Assembly: GCF_032191835.1 (NCBI RefSeq)
Contig: NC_083235.1
Span: forward strand, 15,810,001-15,874,000
Length of the DNA: 64,000 bases
Reading direction: 5' to 3'
Source: Heteronotia binoei
Taxonomy: Eukaryota
This document shows, in pieces, positions 35,370-47,852 of the stretch (positions within the stretch are counted from its first letter, which is position 1; every line of letters starts with the position of its first letter). The translations under genes were made by a program, and so were the position numbers. A model generated the notes under the pieces. That model worked only from the letters and a program-made list of their open reading frames with translations, made no database searches and was not told the DNA's origin.

Positions 35370-36765
35370 AAGGTAAAAGTGGTCCCCCTGTGCAAGCACC
35401 AGTCGTTTCTGACTCTGGGGTGACGTCGCATCACGATGTTTTCATGGCAGACTTTTTACAGGGTGGTTTGCCATTGCCTTCCCCAGTCATCTACACTTCC
35501 CGCCCCTCAGTAAGCTGGGTACTCATGTTACCAACCTCAAAAGGATGGAAGGCTGAGCCAACCTTGAGCCGGCTACCTGAAGCCAGCTTCTGCCAGGATT
35601 GAACTCAGGTCATGAGCAGAGCTTAGGACTGCATTACTGCAGCTTTACCACTCTGCACCATGGGGCTCTCTATCCCTGCCCTAGACCATGCATAATTGCT
35701 CAGAAGAATGTCCAACTGTGGCCTGTTGGGCTCACAGAGAGCTGTGCCTTGCGAAAGCTCATCTTGAAATAACTATTGTTAGTCTTTGAGACTCATTTAT
35801 GTTGTTTTTCTTAGTGACAGGCAGCATTCAGGCCCCCTGTCCCCAGCTGAGCCTGTGATATGGAACACCAAACTTCTGCCCCAAGATCTGGGCCTGAGGG
35901 ACCCACTTTGCCCACCATGTGCCCCCTCCCAGAACAATCCTCTGAACAGTGTTGTGCCTCTGAGTGTTGCACAGATGTTACATACAAACACACTTATGCA
36001 GGTTCACTCATTCAGAATCACCTTCCCCTCCTCTCCCCACAACAGGCACCCTGCAAGGTAGGAAGGGCTGATGGAGCACTAAGAGAACTGTGATTGGCCC
36101 AGGGTCACCCAGCAGGCTGCATGTGGATGAGCAGGGGAATGAAACCTGGTTCTCTGACTTCCAGGCATGGGCACACACACACACACACAGACTTCAGAGC
36201 ATGGACACATGATTCTGCCTTATACGGAATCAGACCTCTGGTCCATCTAGATCAGTATTGTCGACTCAAGGTGGCAGGAGCTCTCCAGAATCTGAGCAGA
36301 GGTCTCTCCCATCACCTGCTGCGTGGTCCTTTCCACTGGAGATGCCGGGGATTGAACTTGGGACCTTCTACATGCCGAGCAGAGGGTCTTCTACTGAACC
36401 AGCAACCCTCCCCTAAAGCAGTCCTTCATACATGAACACTCTTGAAGTTGCCTTATACTAAATCAGACCTTTGGTCCACCAAAGTCAGTATTTTCTGCTC
36501 AGACTGGCAGCAAGGTCTCAGGGAGAGGTCTTTCACATCACTTGGTCCTTTGGACAGGAGATGCCAGAGATTGAACCTGGGACCTTCTGCATGCCAAGCA
36601 GAGGCTCTACTCATCTCCTTTTCTCATGGACACACTCAAGGACGTGCTGGTGTACACAAACACACATAACCATTTGTACTTCTTTCACCCCAGAAGGACA
36701 ATTGCACCACTCTTTGCCCGGGGCAAACAATTCAAACCCCACCCTCAAGGCGCTTCTAGTAGTCA
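35370..36765 (+). repeat. Third, direct and internally deleted copy of 29620-31735
   Basis: ORFs 30035-30310 and 35786-36061 are near identical; collinear SINE content. Confidence 0.9.
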
Positions 36766-37093
36766 GCTCCCGTGAGCTCCCACTGAATTTGAGACCTGGC
36801 CCTGAAAAGATCAATGGTAAAGCTTCCTTTGGAATCCTGTGTGCAGTCCCTGTGTCTCCAAAAGAACACTGCAGAGCTGGGAAAAGTACAAAGGAGGGCG
36901 ACCAAGATGCTTAGGGGGGTTGGAGCACCTTCCTTGTGAGAAAAGGCTGAAAATACAGCTTATAAACATACAGGCTTTATTCTGTCCTTCAACTGAACAC
37001 CCTTGGGTTGGAAGGGCAGAGACAATGGCCATGGACCCTTTCTCCCCTGCCACACACTCACATGTGGTTATGTCATAGAGGGTAGCAGGGGTA

Positions 37094-37721
37094 GCATCTA
37101 CGGCTCCGAATCGTGGGTTTTATACCGTCATCACCTGCGACTCCTTGAGCGCTGTCATCAGCGCTGCCTTCGCACCATCCTCAACATCCACTGGAGTGAC
37201 TTTGTGACCAACACTGAAGTCCTCAAGAGGGCGGAGGTTACAAGCATCGAGGCATTGCTGTTGAAGACGCAGCTGCGCTGGGCCGGGCATATCTCCAGGA
37301 TGGAAAACCACCGCCTTCCCAAGATTGTCCTGTATGGCGAACTTTCCACCGGCCATCAAAATAGAGGGGCACCAAAGAAGAGGTACAAGGACTCCTTGAA
37401 GAAATCCCTTGGTACCTGTTGCATTAACCATCACCAGTGGTCTGACCTAGCCTCAGATCGCAAAGCATGGAGGCACACCATCCACCAGGCTGTCTCTTCC
37501 TTTGAGAACGCACGCATAGCTGGTCTTGAGGACAAAAGGAGATCGAGGAAGAATCGTACTGCTATAGCACCAACCCCAAATCAGACTTTTCCCTGCAGCC
37601 ACTGTGGCCGGACCTGCCTGTCCCGCATTGGTCTTGTCAGCCACCAGCGAGCCTGCAACAGACGTGGACTACTGCACCTTTCTTAAATCTTCGTTCGCGA
37701 AGTCAAGCCGAGAGAGATAGA
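37094..37721 (+). mobile_element. RTE-clade LINE 3' fragment (non-BovB, with C-terminal C2H2-like finger)
   Basis: YGSESWVLYRHHLRLLER..LRWAGHISRM..RYKDSLK..FPCSHCGRTCLSRIGLVSHQRAC; open to the stop codon; (GA)n tail. Confidence 0.9.
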
Positions 37722-38192
37722 GCAGGGGTAATTTTGTAAAAAAATAGCTGACAGAGCTCATTAGCATAACTCATTAGCAAATGCTGCCGCCACCCCACCA
37801 AAAGCACCCTGATGCAAGAAAGGAGAGCCCTGGGCGAGCAAGGCCTGCTTGGGCTGGCTAGAGATCCAGCCAGACCAAGCAGGCCTCACTCACCTGGGGC
37901 TCTCCTGGGCCGACCCCCCCCCCCCAGTCAAAAGGCCAGCAAGCCACCCACCTCCCAAAATCACATAAGAAGTGGAGAAAGGGTGGCACAGGCTTCTCCA
38001 AGGGTTAATGAGGGCTGATGGGGGCGTGACAAAGCCCCTGGTGGCTGGCTGCATGCTCTCCTAATCCAGGGATTGTTATGCAGCTGCACCTACTATTCAA
38101 TGGACAAGATAGGTGGGGAAGAAGAGGGGGAACTATCAGAAAGGTTCAGGAGCTGCACTCCTATGAGCTCCTGCTGAATCTGAGGCCTGGAT

Positions 38193-38480
38193 GATAGCCA
38201 ATTTGGTGTAGTGGTTAAGTGTGCGGACTCTTATCTGGGAGAACCAGATTTGATTCTCCAGTCCTCCACTTGCAGCTACTAGAATGGCCTTGGGTCAGCC
38301 ATAGATTTAGCAGAGGTTGTCCTTGAAAGGGCAGCTTCTGTGAGAGCTCTCTCAGCCCCACCTACCTCACATAGTGTCTGTTGTGAGGAAGGGGGATTGT
38401 GAGCTGCTCTGAGACTCTGAGATTTGGAGTGGAGGGTGAGATATAAATCCAATGTCATCTTCTGCTTCTTCTCCTTCTCC
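38193..38480 (+). mobile_element. Squam3-like SINE (S2, inner end of the right arm)
   Basis: Family match; 3' half and 3' flank shared with S1. Confidence 0.8.
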
Positions 38481-38949
38481 TTCCACTTCCTTGATTCTAT
38501 CCTGCAAAGTATTGACCTGCTTATCGCATTGTATTCTACCAATCCCTCCTCTCATGCTCATTTCCACTACAGTTTCTCAGTCGAACTCCCATCTCCCTAA
38601 ACTAGAGACTGAAAGTCCAGCACAGGGAGAAGAGATGGAGACACCATTTTTAAAAGTTTGAGTTAGTACTTAGACAACAGTGAAGGAAACCAACAGCATC
38701 TATACTGGCTCTGTGCTTATATCCTCGGGGATTTACAGTGCTAAGGCTTAAAGGGGAACCTGCCTTCCTGTTTCAAAACTCCCAGAATAATTCTCCCTGG
38801 CATTATTACTATTCCTTTTTTGCTTAGTGCATTTCTTCAATGTCAGAAGGGCCGATCGGTGAGGTCAGAATCGTCTGGACGGAGGTAGGCACGGGTTGGA
38901 TGGAATGGCGTACTGTCTCTGGTGCTTTCATCTGGTCCACACATTTTTT

Positions 38950-39555
38950 CCCCAGGATTTAAAACATTTTATTTGCATATTTAAAAAATTGTGCATTCCA
39001 ATAATTAAAATCATTTGAACAAGAAAAAAATGGCACTCGCTTAAGGGCATTTTACAGCTTGCGGGACCATGGCACAGTTTTGTGTGTATTCCTGTGTTAC
39101 TAGATGACTGTAGTCCCACCTGGGATCTTCTTTCAGGAAACATGCAAGCTCTTCTTGCCATCAGGACCAAAGCTGGACAGGCAGAGGGAAAGGGTAGCGC
39201 CTTCGTGCAGCATCAGTAGTTCTCTCTCTCTATGCATTTTTGGATGTGAAAGGGGCAGGTCAGTCCTTTGAACTTTAGCCGACCTCTCTGCATCTTGCCG
39301 AGTTAAAACAGCTAAAAGAAGTAAAATAAGCAGGCGATGCTTGTGGAATGTACAGTGCATAATCTGCAAGGGCTGATTTCATTCTGATTCACCCGCTCGC
39401 TTCTCCTATTCAATTGTTTCCTTTGAAGGCAATGGGCTCTTCTCTTGCATTCCTGTCTTCTTCAACTTAGACTTACAAATTTCTCAATTTCAGCCATATC
39501 TGGTTTATCAGACATATTTACCAATTAATCAGTGATGCTTTGCTCCGGAGGGTAG
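38950..39555 (-). pseudogene. TMSB4X: Second thymosin beta-4 retrocopy, frameshifted (CDS remnant 39379-39515)
   Basis: [13 protein letters not shown], then a 1-nt deletion (TTTGTAAG), plus CAG>TAG at the Q37 codon; TSDs 38926-38949 and 39556-39579. Confidence 0.92.
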
Positions 39556-40299
39556 TTTTACCTGGTCCACGCATTTTTTAAAATTCTACTGCAGATTCTC
39601 CTGTAGACACTGACTACTAGAAGCGCCTTGAGGGTGGGGTTTGAATTGTTTGCGCTGGGCAAAGAGTGGTACAATTGTCCTTCTGGGGAGAAAGAAGGAC
39701 TAATGGTTATGTGTGTTTGTGTACACCAGCACGCCCTTGAGTGTGTCCATGAGAAAAGGAGATGAGTAGAGCATTTGCTTTGGCACGCAGAAGGTCCCAG
39801 TTTCAATCTCTGGCATCTCCAGTTAAAAAGGACCATGTAGTGGGTGATAGGAAGGATCCTGACACAGCTCAGTGGTAGAGCCTCTGCTTGGCATGCAGAA
39901 GGTCCCAGTTTCAGTCCCTGGCATCTCCAGCCAAAGAACCAAGTGGTGTGAAAGACCTCTCCCTGAGAGCTTGGAGAGTTGCTGCCAGTCTGTGCAGACA
40001 ATACTGACTTTGGTGGACCAAAGGTCTGATTCAGTATAAGGCAACTTCAAGAGTGTTCATGTATGAAGGACTGCTTTAGGGGAGGGTTGCTGGTTCAGTA
40101 GAAGAGCCTCTGCTCGGCATGCAGAAGGTCCCAAGTCCAATCCCCGGCATCTCCAGTGGAAAGGACCAGGCAGCAGGTGATGGGAAAGACCTCTGCTCAG
40201 ATTCTGGAGAGCTGCTGCCAGCCTGAGTTGACAATGCTGATCTAGATGGACCAGAGGTCTGATTCAGAATAAGGCAGAATCATGTGTCCATGCTCTGAA

Positions 40300-40335
<36 letters not shown>

Positions 40336-42689
40336 ATGCCTGGAAGTCATGGTGTATTCTAGCAACCCCTACTGGGGCATGGAGGACATTCAGAAAATGG
40401 CTTAATACATCCTGCCTCTGCCTCCCAGTCCTAATATTCCAAAACAGTCTCCTATTCAAATGCTTGCCAGATCAGCCCTGCTTAGCATCCGAGATCTGAT
40501 GAGATCAGGCTTGCCCGGTCAAGGCGTTGCTGAAGTCTTTTGAGCTGGTCTTCCTTTTGTGATGTCCTAGCTATCTGTCATCCTTTGGTCTGCCAGTGCA
40601 GTGTAGTTGTTCAGAGAACCAGGTTTCATTCCCCTGCTCATCCACATGCAGCCTGCTGGGTGACCTTGGGCCAATCACAGTTCTCTCAGTGCTCCATCAG
40701 CCCTTCCTACCTTGCAGGGTGCCTGTTGTGGGGAGAGGAGGGGAAGGTGATTCTGAATGAGTGAGCCTGCATAAGTGTGTTTGCATGTAACATCTGTGCA
40801 ACAGTCAGAGGCACAACACTGTTCAGAGGATTGTTCTGGGAGGGGTGGGCAAAGTGGGTCCCTCAGGCCCAGATCTTGGGGCAGAAGTTGGTGTTCCACA
40901 TCACAGGCTCAGCTGGGGACAGGGGGCCTGAATGCTGCCTGTCACTAAGAAAAACAACATAAATGAGCCTCAAAGACTAACAATAGTTATTTCAATATGA
41001 GCTTTCGCAAGGCACAGCTCTCTGTGAGCCCAACTGGCCACAGTTGGACATTCTTCTGAGCAAATATGCATGGTCTAGGGCAGGGATAGAGAGCCCCATG
41101 GCGCAGAGTGGTAAAGCTGCAGTACTGCAGTCCGAGCTCTCTGTTCACGACCTGAGTTCGATCCCTGAGGAAGCTGGTTCCAGGTTGACTCAGCCTTCCA
41201 TCCTTCCGAGGTTGGTCAAATGAGTCCCCAGCTTGCTGTGGGGGGAGTGTAGATGACTGGGGAAGGCAATGGCAAACCACCCTGTAAAAAGTCTGCCATG
41301 AAAACATCATGATGTGACGTCACCCCAGAGTCAGAAACGACTGGTGCTTGCACAGGGGGACCACTTTTACCTTTTTAGGGCAAGGATGGCCAAACTTGCT
41401 TAATGCAAGAGTCATGTAGAATAAACGTCAGCTGTTTGAGAACTGCAAGACGGAAGGAAGGAAGGAAAATAGATGGAGGAAGGAGGGAGAGGTGGAAAGA
41501 GAGCAAATTTAACTTTGAATGCATTCTCCAAGCCGCTGAAGGCTTGGCTTGGCAAAGAGATTTAAAGAGACACCTTCTCCAAGCCAGCAGATGGGGGCAG
41601 TGGGGGCTTTGAGAGCCACATAATATGTGTGAAAGAGCCACATGTGGTTCCTGAGCCGCAGTTTGGCCACCCCTGGCCTGGGGAGATGTTGCCTTGCCTG
41701 GCTAGCCCCAGATAGCCTGATCCCGTCAGATCTCAGAAGCTAAGCAGGGTCCATCCTGGTTAGTACTGGGGTGGGAGACCACCAAGGAAGTCCGGGGTTG
41801 CTCCGCAGAGGCAGGCAATAGCAAGCCACCTCTGTTCATTTCTTGCCTTGGAAAACCTGGTAGGGTCACCATAGGTCTGGTGCAACTTGATGGAAAGAGA
41901 CTTGCTTGTTGAATGCTCATTCTGTGATAAGCATTTGAAATATACATATCTAAAGTGGGCTATAAGACCACCAGTTTATTATTGTAACCAGGGCGTTTCT
42001 TGTAGCAGGAACTCCTTTGCATATGAGGCCACACACCCCTGATGTAGCCGATCCTCCAAGAGCTTACAGGGCTCTTAGTAAAGGGCCTACTGTAAGCTCC
42101 AAAAGGATTGGCTGCATCAGGGGGTGTGGTCTCATATGCAAAGGAGTTCCTGCTACAAAGAAAGCCCTGATGATAACGATCACTTCTCATCCCCTGCCCT
42201 CCAGATCTGAGGAACGTAGAAATACCTGACACAGTTACATCATGTCAAATACAAAATGAGAAAGAAGTCGAAATTTGGCATTGGAGGATGAATTGGCAAG
42301 AAGGATTGTTCAGGGTGAACTCTGGAAACTTGTGAGTGAGTGAATTCATGTAGTCCTGAAATGAATTTCCTCTCCCAGATCTTTTTCAAAATTCTCTGCG
42401 GGATTAGTTTTGGCAGGATATGCAGATTTTGATATCCGCATGTACCACATCCAGGCCTCATTTTGGGCAGCAGCTCACAGGAGTGGAGCTCCGGAACCTC
42501 TAAATTTTATTGTGCTCTTTCTTTCTCTCCCCCCCCCCCAAAAAAATATCCTTGCTTCTGGTCTCCATTGTTCAACCCCCCTGTGAGAATCTTGCTGAAC
42601 TCTAAGATTTGATAAACTTTCTAATATTTCCCCCCACAAAAAATGGTAAAATAACTAAAACATGTAAAGTAGACGGATGGAAATCTTCA

Positions 42690-43139
42690 TACCATACCAA
42701 ACCTTTAATGGCATAACAGTTGCAAATAAAAATACATAGAATATAAAAATTTAAACATTGGCAATAAAATCAAAATGAAACCGAGCTTACAGATGCATTC
42801 GTACATGGTCAGATTTAGATTTAAGGATGTCAGCCAAAAATTTTCCCACAGCCTTGCTAACCTCCCCCTGAGTATCGTTCAATAAATAACAACAGGGTTT
42901 CAGAATAGAAAGCTTGTGAAATAAATCTTTGCGGAGATAATGATAAAAGGAACAATCAAGCAATATTTGCTGAATTGAGTCGGGAATATTCGCTCCACAG
43001 GAACAGAGTCTGTCGCCTAAAGGGACTCGATGATATCTCCCTTGTAAAACTTTGGAGGGAAACACATTTAGTCTAGCCAACATAAATGCCCTGCGATGAC
43101 TTGCAATGGTTAAGTCTGATAGATAATGGGCATTCTTTG
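42690..43139 (-). mobile_element. RTE-X-like LINE 3' fragment (right arm only)
   Basis: HRRAFMLARLNVFPS..GRYHRVPLGDRLCSCG..DSIQQILLDCSFY is homologous to the 34780-35094 C-terminus. Confidence 0.7.
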
Positions 43140-43872
43140 CCTTCTTTATCTCATCCATAATTTTGTAAACCTCTCTCATACCACCCCTGAATCCTCTATA
43201 AGCATTTCTTTAAAAAACCCTCCCCCCTGAAGAGTAGAATAAAAGGATTCACAGATCTCAATTTCTACTCTACTCCTGTTAGGGTTGCCAAATCCAATTC
43301 AAGAAATATCTGGGGACTTTGGGGGGTGGAGCCAGGAGACTTGGGGGCTGGAGCTAGGAGACATTGGGGTGGACCCAGAAGCAAGGTTATGATAAGCATA
43401 ATTGAACTCCAAAGGGCGTTCTGGCCATAATATTTCAAGGGATTGCACACCGTTTAAAATCCTTCCCCCATTGGAAATAATGAAGGATAGGGGCACCTTT
43501 TTGGGGGCTCATAGAACTGAACCTCCTGATCCAATCATTTTGAAACTTAGAGGGTGCTTTGGGGAGAGGCACTGGATGCTATACTGAAAATATGGTGCCT
43601 CTACCTCAAAAAACAGGCCCCCCCAGAACCCCAGATATCCGTGGAACAATTCTCTATTATTTCCTAAGGGAATTGTTCTTCATAAGGAATAATGAACAGC
43701 CCAGCAGACATCCCTTCCCTGCTTTCTGATTACCCTGAAGTGGGGCGAGGGCCTCCAAACCGGGGGAATCCCCTGTCCCCACCTGAGGATTGGCAACTCT
43801 AACTCCTGTAGGGTTGCCAAGAACTGTAAGACCTCCTGGTTCCTTCCAACTTTGATTCTCTCCACAGGTCGC

Positions 43873-44808
43873 ATGGACTGTGAGAATGGCACTGACATTG
43901 TGGAGTTTGTCCTTCTTGGTCTCTCCTCACAACTTGAACAACAGTCTCTCTTCTTCGTCTTCTTTCTGCTGATGTATGGGGCAGGCCTCCTGGGCAACAT
44001 CATGATGTTCATTCTCATCACCGTGGAAACCCGGCTTCAAACCCCCATGTACTTCCTGTTGCGGAGCCTTTCCGTGGTGGATGTGGGCTTCCTCACAGTC
44101 ACGGTACCTCAGATGCTGGTCCACCTCATGTCCTCTTCCAAGACAATCCCTTTCTATTCCTGTATGGCTCAGTTCTTCTTCTTCTATGTGTTTGGCGTCA
44201 CAGACATTTTCATGGTGAGCGTTATGGCTCTGGATCGCTATGTCGCCATTTGCAACCCGCTTCACTATGCTATGGTGATGAACCGGAAGGTCTGTGGATG
44301 CTTGGTGGCTGGGTGCTGGATCACTTCTACCCTCCACTCCATGCTGCATGCTGACCTCCTCCTGCGCCTCAGTTATTGTGGGGACAACCACCTGCCCCAC
44401 TACTTCTGTGACCATCAGCCCTTACTCCAGCTCTCCTCCTCAGACACCAGCATCAATGAAGGGGTCATCTTCTTCGAGGGCATTCCTGTCATCCTGGGGC
44501 CCTTTGCCTTCATCATCATCACCTACCTCCGCATTGTGGCAGCTGTGATGAAGTTCTCCGCCTCAGGAAGGCGCAAGGCGTTCTCCACGTGTAGCTCTCA
44601 TCTTACCATGGTGGTGCTCTTCTATGGTGCAATCATTGGGGTCTACTTCCTACCCACATCCAGCTATTCTTCCCAACGAGGGACCATTTTTGCCCTCATG
44701 TACACTATCATCACCCCAATGTCCAACCCCTACATCTACAGCCTCAGGAATAAAGAGGTCCAAAAAGCCCTGAGGAATCTCTTGGGTAGGATATCATTTT
44801 CTCACTAA
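43873..44808 (+). CDS. OR1B1-like: Olfactory receptor OR1B1-like, copy B (311 aa, intact)
   Basis: 17 aa differences from copy A by manual count; FGVTD, PHYFCDH and ILGPF match recalled human OR1B1; acceptor CTCTCCACAG at 43858-43867. Confidence 0.92.
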   Translation: MDCENGTDIVEFVLLGLSSQLEQQSLFFVFFLLMYGAGLLGNIMMFILITVETRLQTPMYFLLRSLSVVDVGFLTVTVPQMLVHLMSSSKTIPFYSCMAQFFFFYVFGVTDIFMVSVMALDRYVAICNPLHYAMVMNRKVCGCLVAGCWITSTLHSMLHADLLLRLSYCGDNHLPHYFCDHQPLLQLSSSDTSINEGVIFFEGIPVILGPFAFIIITYLRIVAAVMKFSASGRRKAFSTCSSHLTMVVLFYGAIIGVYFLPTSSYSSQRGTIFALMYTIITPMSNPYIYSLRNKEVQKALRNLLGRISFSH

Positions 44809-45417
44809 TAATTGTGAGATGTTAGTCCCTGCACATCCCTGATCCGATGCTTCATAAGTGACTTTGAGAAGTGTTCTTAAGAAGGGATGGCCAAAGGGGG
44901 CCCCATTCATTCAGTCATTCATTCATTCACTCATTCATTCATTCACTGGCTCACTCATTCATTCATGGATTTCATTTTTAAAACATTAATACCACTTCCA
45001 GACTATATGAATCTTTACCTGGGTGAAGAAGCACACAATAATTGTCTAGAGTTACTTAAATTAAAAGTGTCACGTCAGTACAAGTAAACTTAAAATTAAA
45101 AAAAGAATATGTGATCACTGTTGTATCCGTGGGGCACAAATTGTTTGGCCAGGAGATGAAAAGACCATGAGACTGAATTTCACAACCTGTCTGGTTCAAG
45201 GAGCTCCTTTTAGATTGGTTAGCACTCATTTTCCGCTTGACTGTTCTCCAGCGATAAATGAACTTATGACTTTTCATTATTGCACCCCTTAGTGTTTCTT
45301 CCTGTTGATCTGTTTCTGTAAAAAATTGATGTCTTCCCATATCAGAAGTGCTTCAGTTGCATTTAAATGGTGTATAAACTACATCAGATTGTTGCCTGCC
45401 ACTATCACTATAAAGGA

Positions 45418-45650
45418 AAAGGTAAAGGTAGTCCCCTGTGCAAACACCAGTCATTTCCGACTCTGGAGTGATGTCGCATCACAACGTTTTCATGGCAGAC
45501 TTTTTACGAGGTGGTTTACCATTGCTTTCCCCAGTCATCTACACTTTCCCCCCAGGAAGCTGGGTCATTTTACCGACCTCAGAAGGATGGAAGGCTGAGT
45601 CAACCATGAGCCAGCTGCCTGAACCCAGCTTCCTCTGGGATCAAACTCCT
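45418..45650 (-). mobile_element. Sauria SINE (paralog of 23250-23525)
   Basis: AAAGGTAAAGGTAGTCCCCTGTGC start on the plus strand. Confidence 0.8.
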
Positions 45651-45801
45651 ACCACTTTACTAGACCATACTACTATACCATTATATACCACTATACTCAC
45701 TATTTATTTATTTAGATTTTTATTGCACCCTCCCCAAAAGTGGGCTCAGGGTGGATTACAACAAGAAAAGAGTCCAATAACTCTTTCCAATAAAATTCAG
45801 C

Positions 45802-45832
<31 letters not shown>

Positions 45833-46086
45833 CGTGTATAATCTATCTATCGATATCGATAGATAGATAGATAGATACACACAGACGCACAAAGAGTTTA
45901 TAAGAATTAAAATCATTAAAATATAACATTAAAACAGGTAGCAGCAATTGCACAGAGACTTTTTTAGTCTGCATAGATTGAGTCAGAGGGATGCAATAAA
46001 ACTCTATGTTGTGCCACAACTTTGTGTCTCTGCTTCTCGGTTTTTGCTCATGACAGGAGCCATGCACTCCTCTCTGCCCATTCCTT

Positions 46087-46352
46087 GAGAGCCAGTTTTG
46101 TGTAGTGGTTAAGTGTGCGGACTCTTATCCGGGTTTGATTCCCTGCTCCTCCACTTGCACCTGCTAGGATGACCTTGGGTCAGCCAAAGCTCTGGCAGAG
46201 GTTGTCCTTGAAAGAGCAGCTTCTGGGAGAGCTCTCTCAGCCCCACCTACTTCACAGGGTATCTGTTGTGTGGGAGCAAGATAAAGGGGATTGTGAGTTG
46301 CTCTGAGATTCGGATCAGAGGGCAGGGTATAAATCAAATGGTGTCTTCTTCT
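46087..46352 (+). mobile_element. Squam3-like SINE (S3, outer end of the right arm)
   Basis: Family match; 5' flank shared with S1. Confidence 0.8.
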
Positions 46353-46619
46353 TCCCTGCCCCTTCAGCCACTCTCCCTGCAGGCTTCCTGAGGAAATGTC
46401 CAACAGGAAGGGCTCTCAGGTGCTGTGGAGAGGGGTAGTGCAGGTCCCACTGGTCGATGGCAGGACCAGCAGCACAGACAGGTTCTCTCACTCACCTCAC
46501 AAATTTCTGTGTGAAGGGGAGAGGGGGCAGAGTGAATTCTGGAAGAATAAGATGGCTTCTTGCAACAGCTAAAATGTGAGGCTGGACCAGGGAGACTCAA
46601 ATTTCATTCCCCCATCTTT

Positions 46620-46988
46620 TTTTCCCCATTTTCCCCCCATTTTTATTTTAATAAAATAAATACATTCTCCAAACAAATAAGTACATTATGGGTAAGCACA
46701 AAACAAAATATAGAACTGTGAAATAAGTGACTAAGATAATCAGATTACAATTGCAGCAGATCTATGGGATATACAGGACTTGGAACATTATCCATTAAAA
46801 TCATATAATTTAACAAGGGCAACCAAATCACTGGAAAGTCAGAATTACACTCAGCAATCTCTCTGTATTGGTTATGGTACAAAATCTTTTCCATAACGGA
46901 AAAATCTCCAGATATTATCAAACCATAACGAAATTGATGGTGGTGAGTTACATTTCCACCTAGACGCTAATAGCAGCTCGTGCTGCTG
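46620..46988 (-). mobile_element. L1-clade ORF2 C-terminus and 3' UTR fragment
   Basis: Minus strand, with frameshifts: AARAAI..RWKCNSPPSISLWFDNIW..MEKI, resembling the vertebrate L1 C-terminal AAR..WK..P..W motif. Confidence 0.55.
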
Positions 46989-47171
46989 TTTTTCCTTTTA
47001 GAATTAGTGGACATTAGTCTAAAAAACCCCACCTATTTTCAGTTTGATGGTGAATTTTATTGGAAGATAAAGGGTGTTGCCATGGGGTCCACCTTTGCGC
47101 CAAGTGTGGCCAATCTGTTCATGGCCATCTTGGAAGATAGCTCCATTTACAGTGACACCAGCAATCCCTTC

Positions 47172-47450
47172 TAGAAGAAGAAGAAGAAGAAATTGGATTT
47201 ATATCTTGCCCTATACGCTGAATCTCAGAGTGGTCACAGTCTCCTCTACCCTCCCCCCCACAACAGACACCCTGTAAGGGTGAGCTTTTTAGAGAGCTTT
47301 TTACAGCAGCTGCCCTTTCAAGGACAACTCCTGTGAGAGCTATGGCTGACCCAAGGCCATTCCAGCAGCTGCAAGTGGCGGAGTGGGGAATCAAACCCGG
47401 TTCTCCCAGATAAGAGTCCGCGGACTTAGCCACTACACCAAACCGGCTCT
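47172..47450 (-). mobile_element. Squam3-like SINE inserted in the Penelope RT
   Basis: Removing it restores the frame SNPF-KNILMYVHYIDD. Confidence 0.8.
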
Positions 47451-47788
47451 CATGTGCATACTCATTCAAGAACATACTCATGTATGTTCATTACATTGAT
47501 GACATCTTTACAGTTCTGGGTGATTCAGAGGTGGTTGACCCTTTTATTGATTGGCTTAATAACATCCATCATACCATAAAATATTCAGCACAGGGCAATT
47601 GTGAAAACGCTAACTCTCTTGATGTTACTGTGTATAAGAACTGCAATAACTGGCAACCAAACTATTCAGAAAACCAACAGAAAGAAACTCTTAGCTAGTG
47701 TACAAATCCTTTCACCCCGAATATTCGAGACAAAATTGCCATATGGGCAAATACTCAGAATCAAACACAATGTGACTAAACCTCAGGA

Positions 47789-47852
47789 TTTTGAGAAGGA
47801 GCGCAATAGTTTTTGAGAAGGAGCGCAATAGTTTTTGAGAAGGAGCATAATA
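47789..47852 (+). repeat. 22-bp tandem repeat x2.9 in the Penelope ORF
   Basis: TTTTGAGAAGGAGCGCAATAGT repeated. Confidence 0.85.

Larger units (their letters stand above)
38193..46352 (+). repeat. Right arm of the inverted segmental duplication, bracketed by direct Squam3 copies
   Basis: See left arm entry. Confidence 0.9.
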
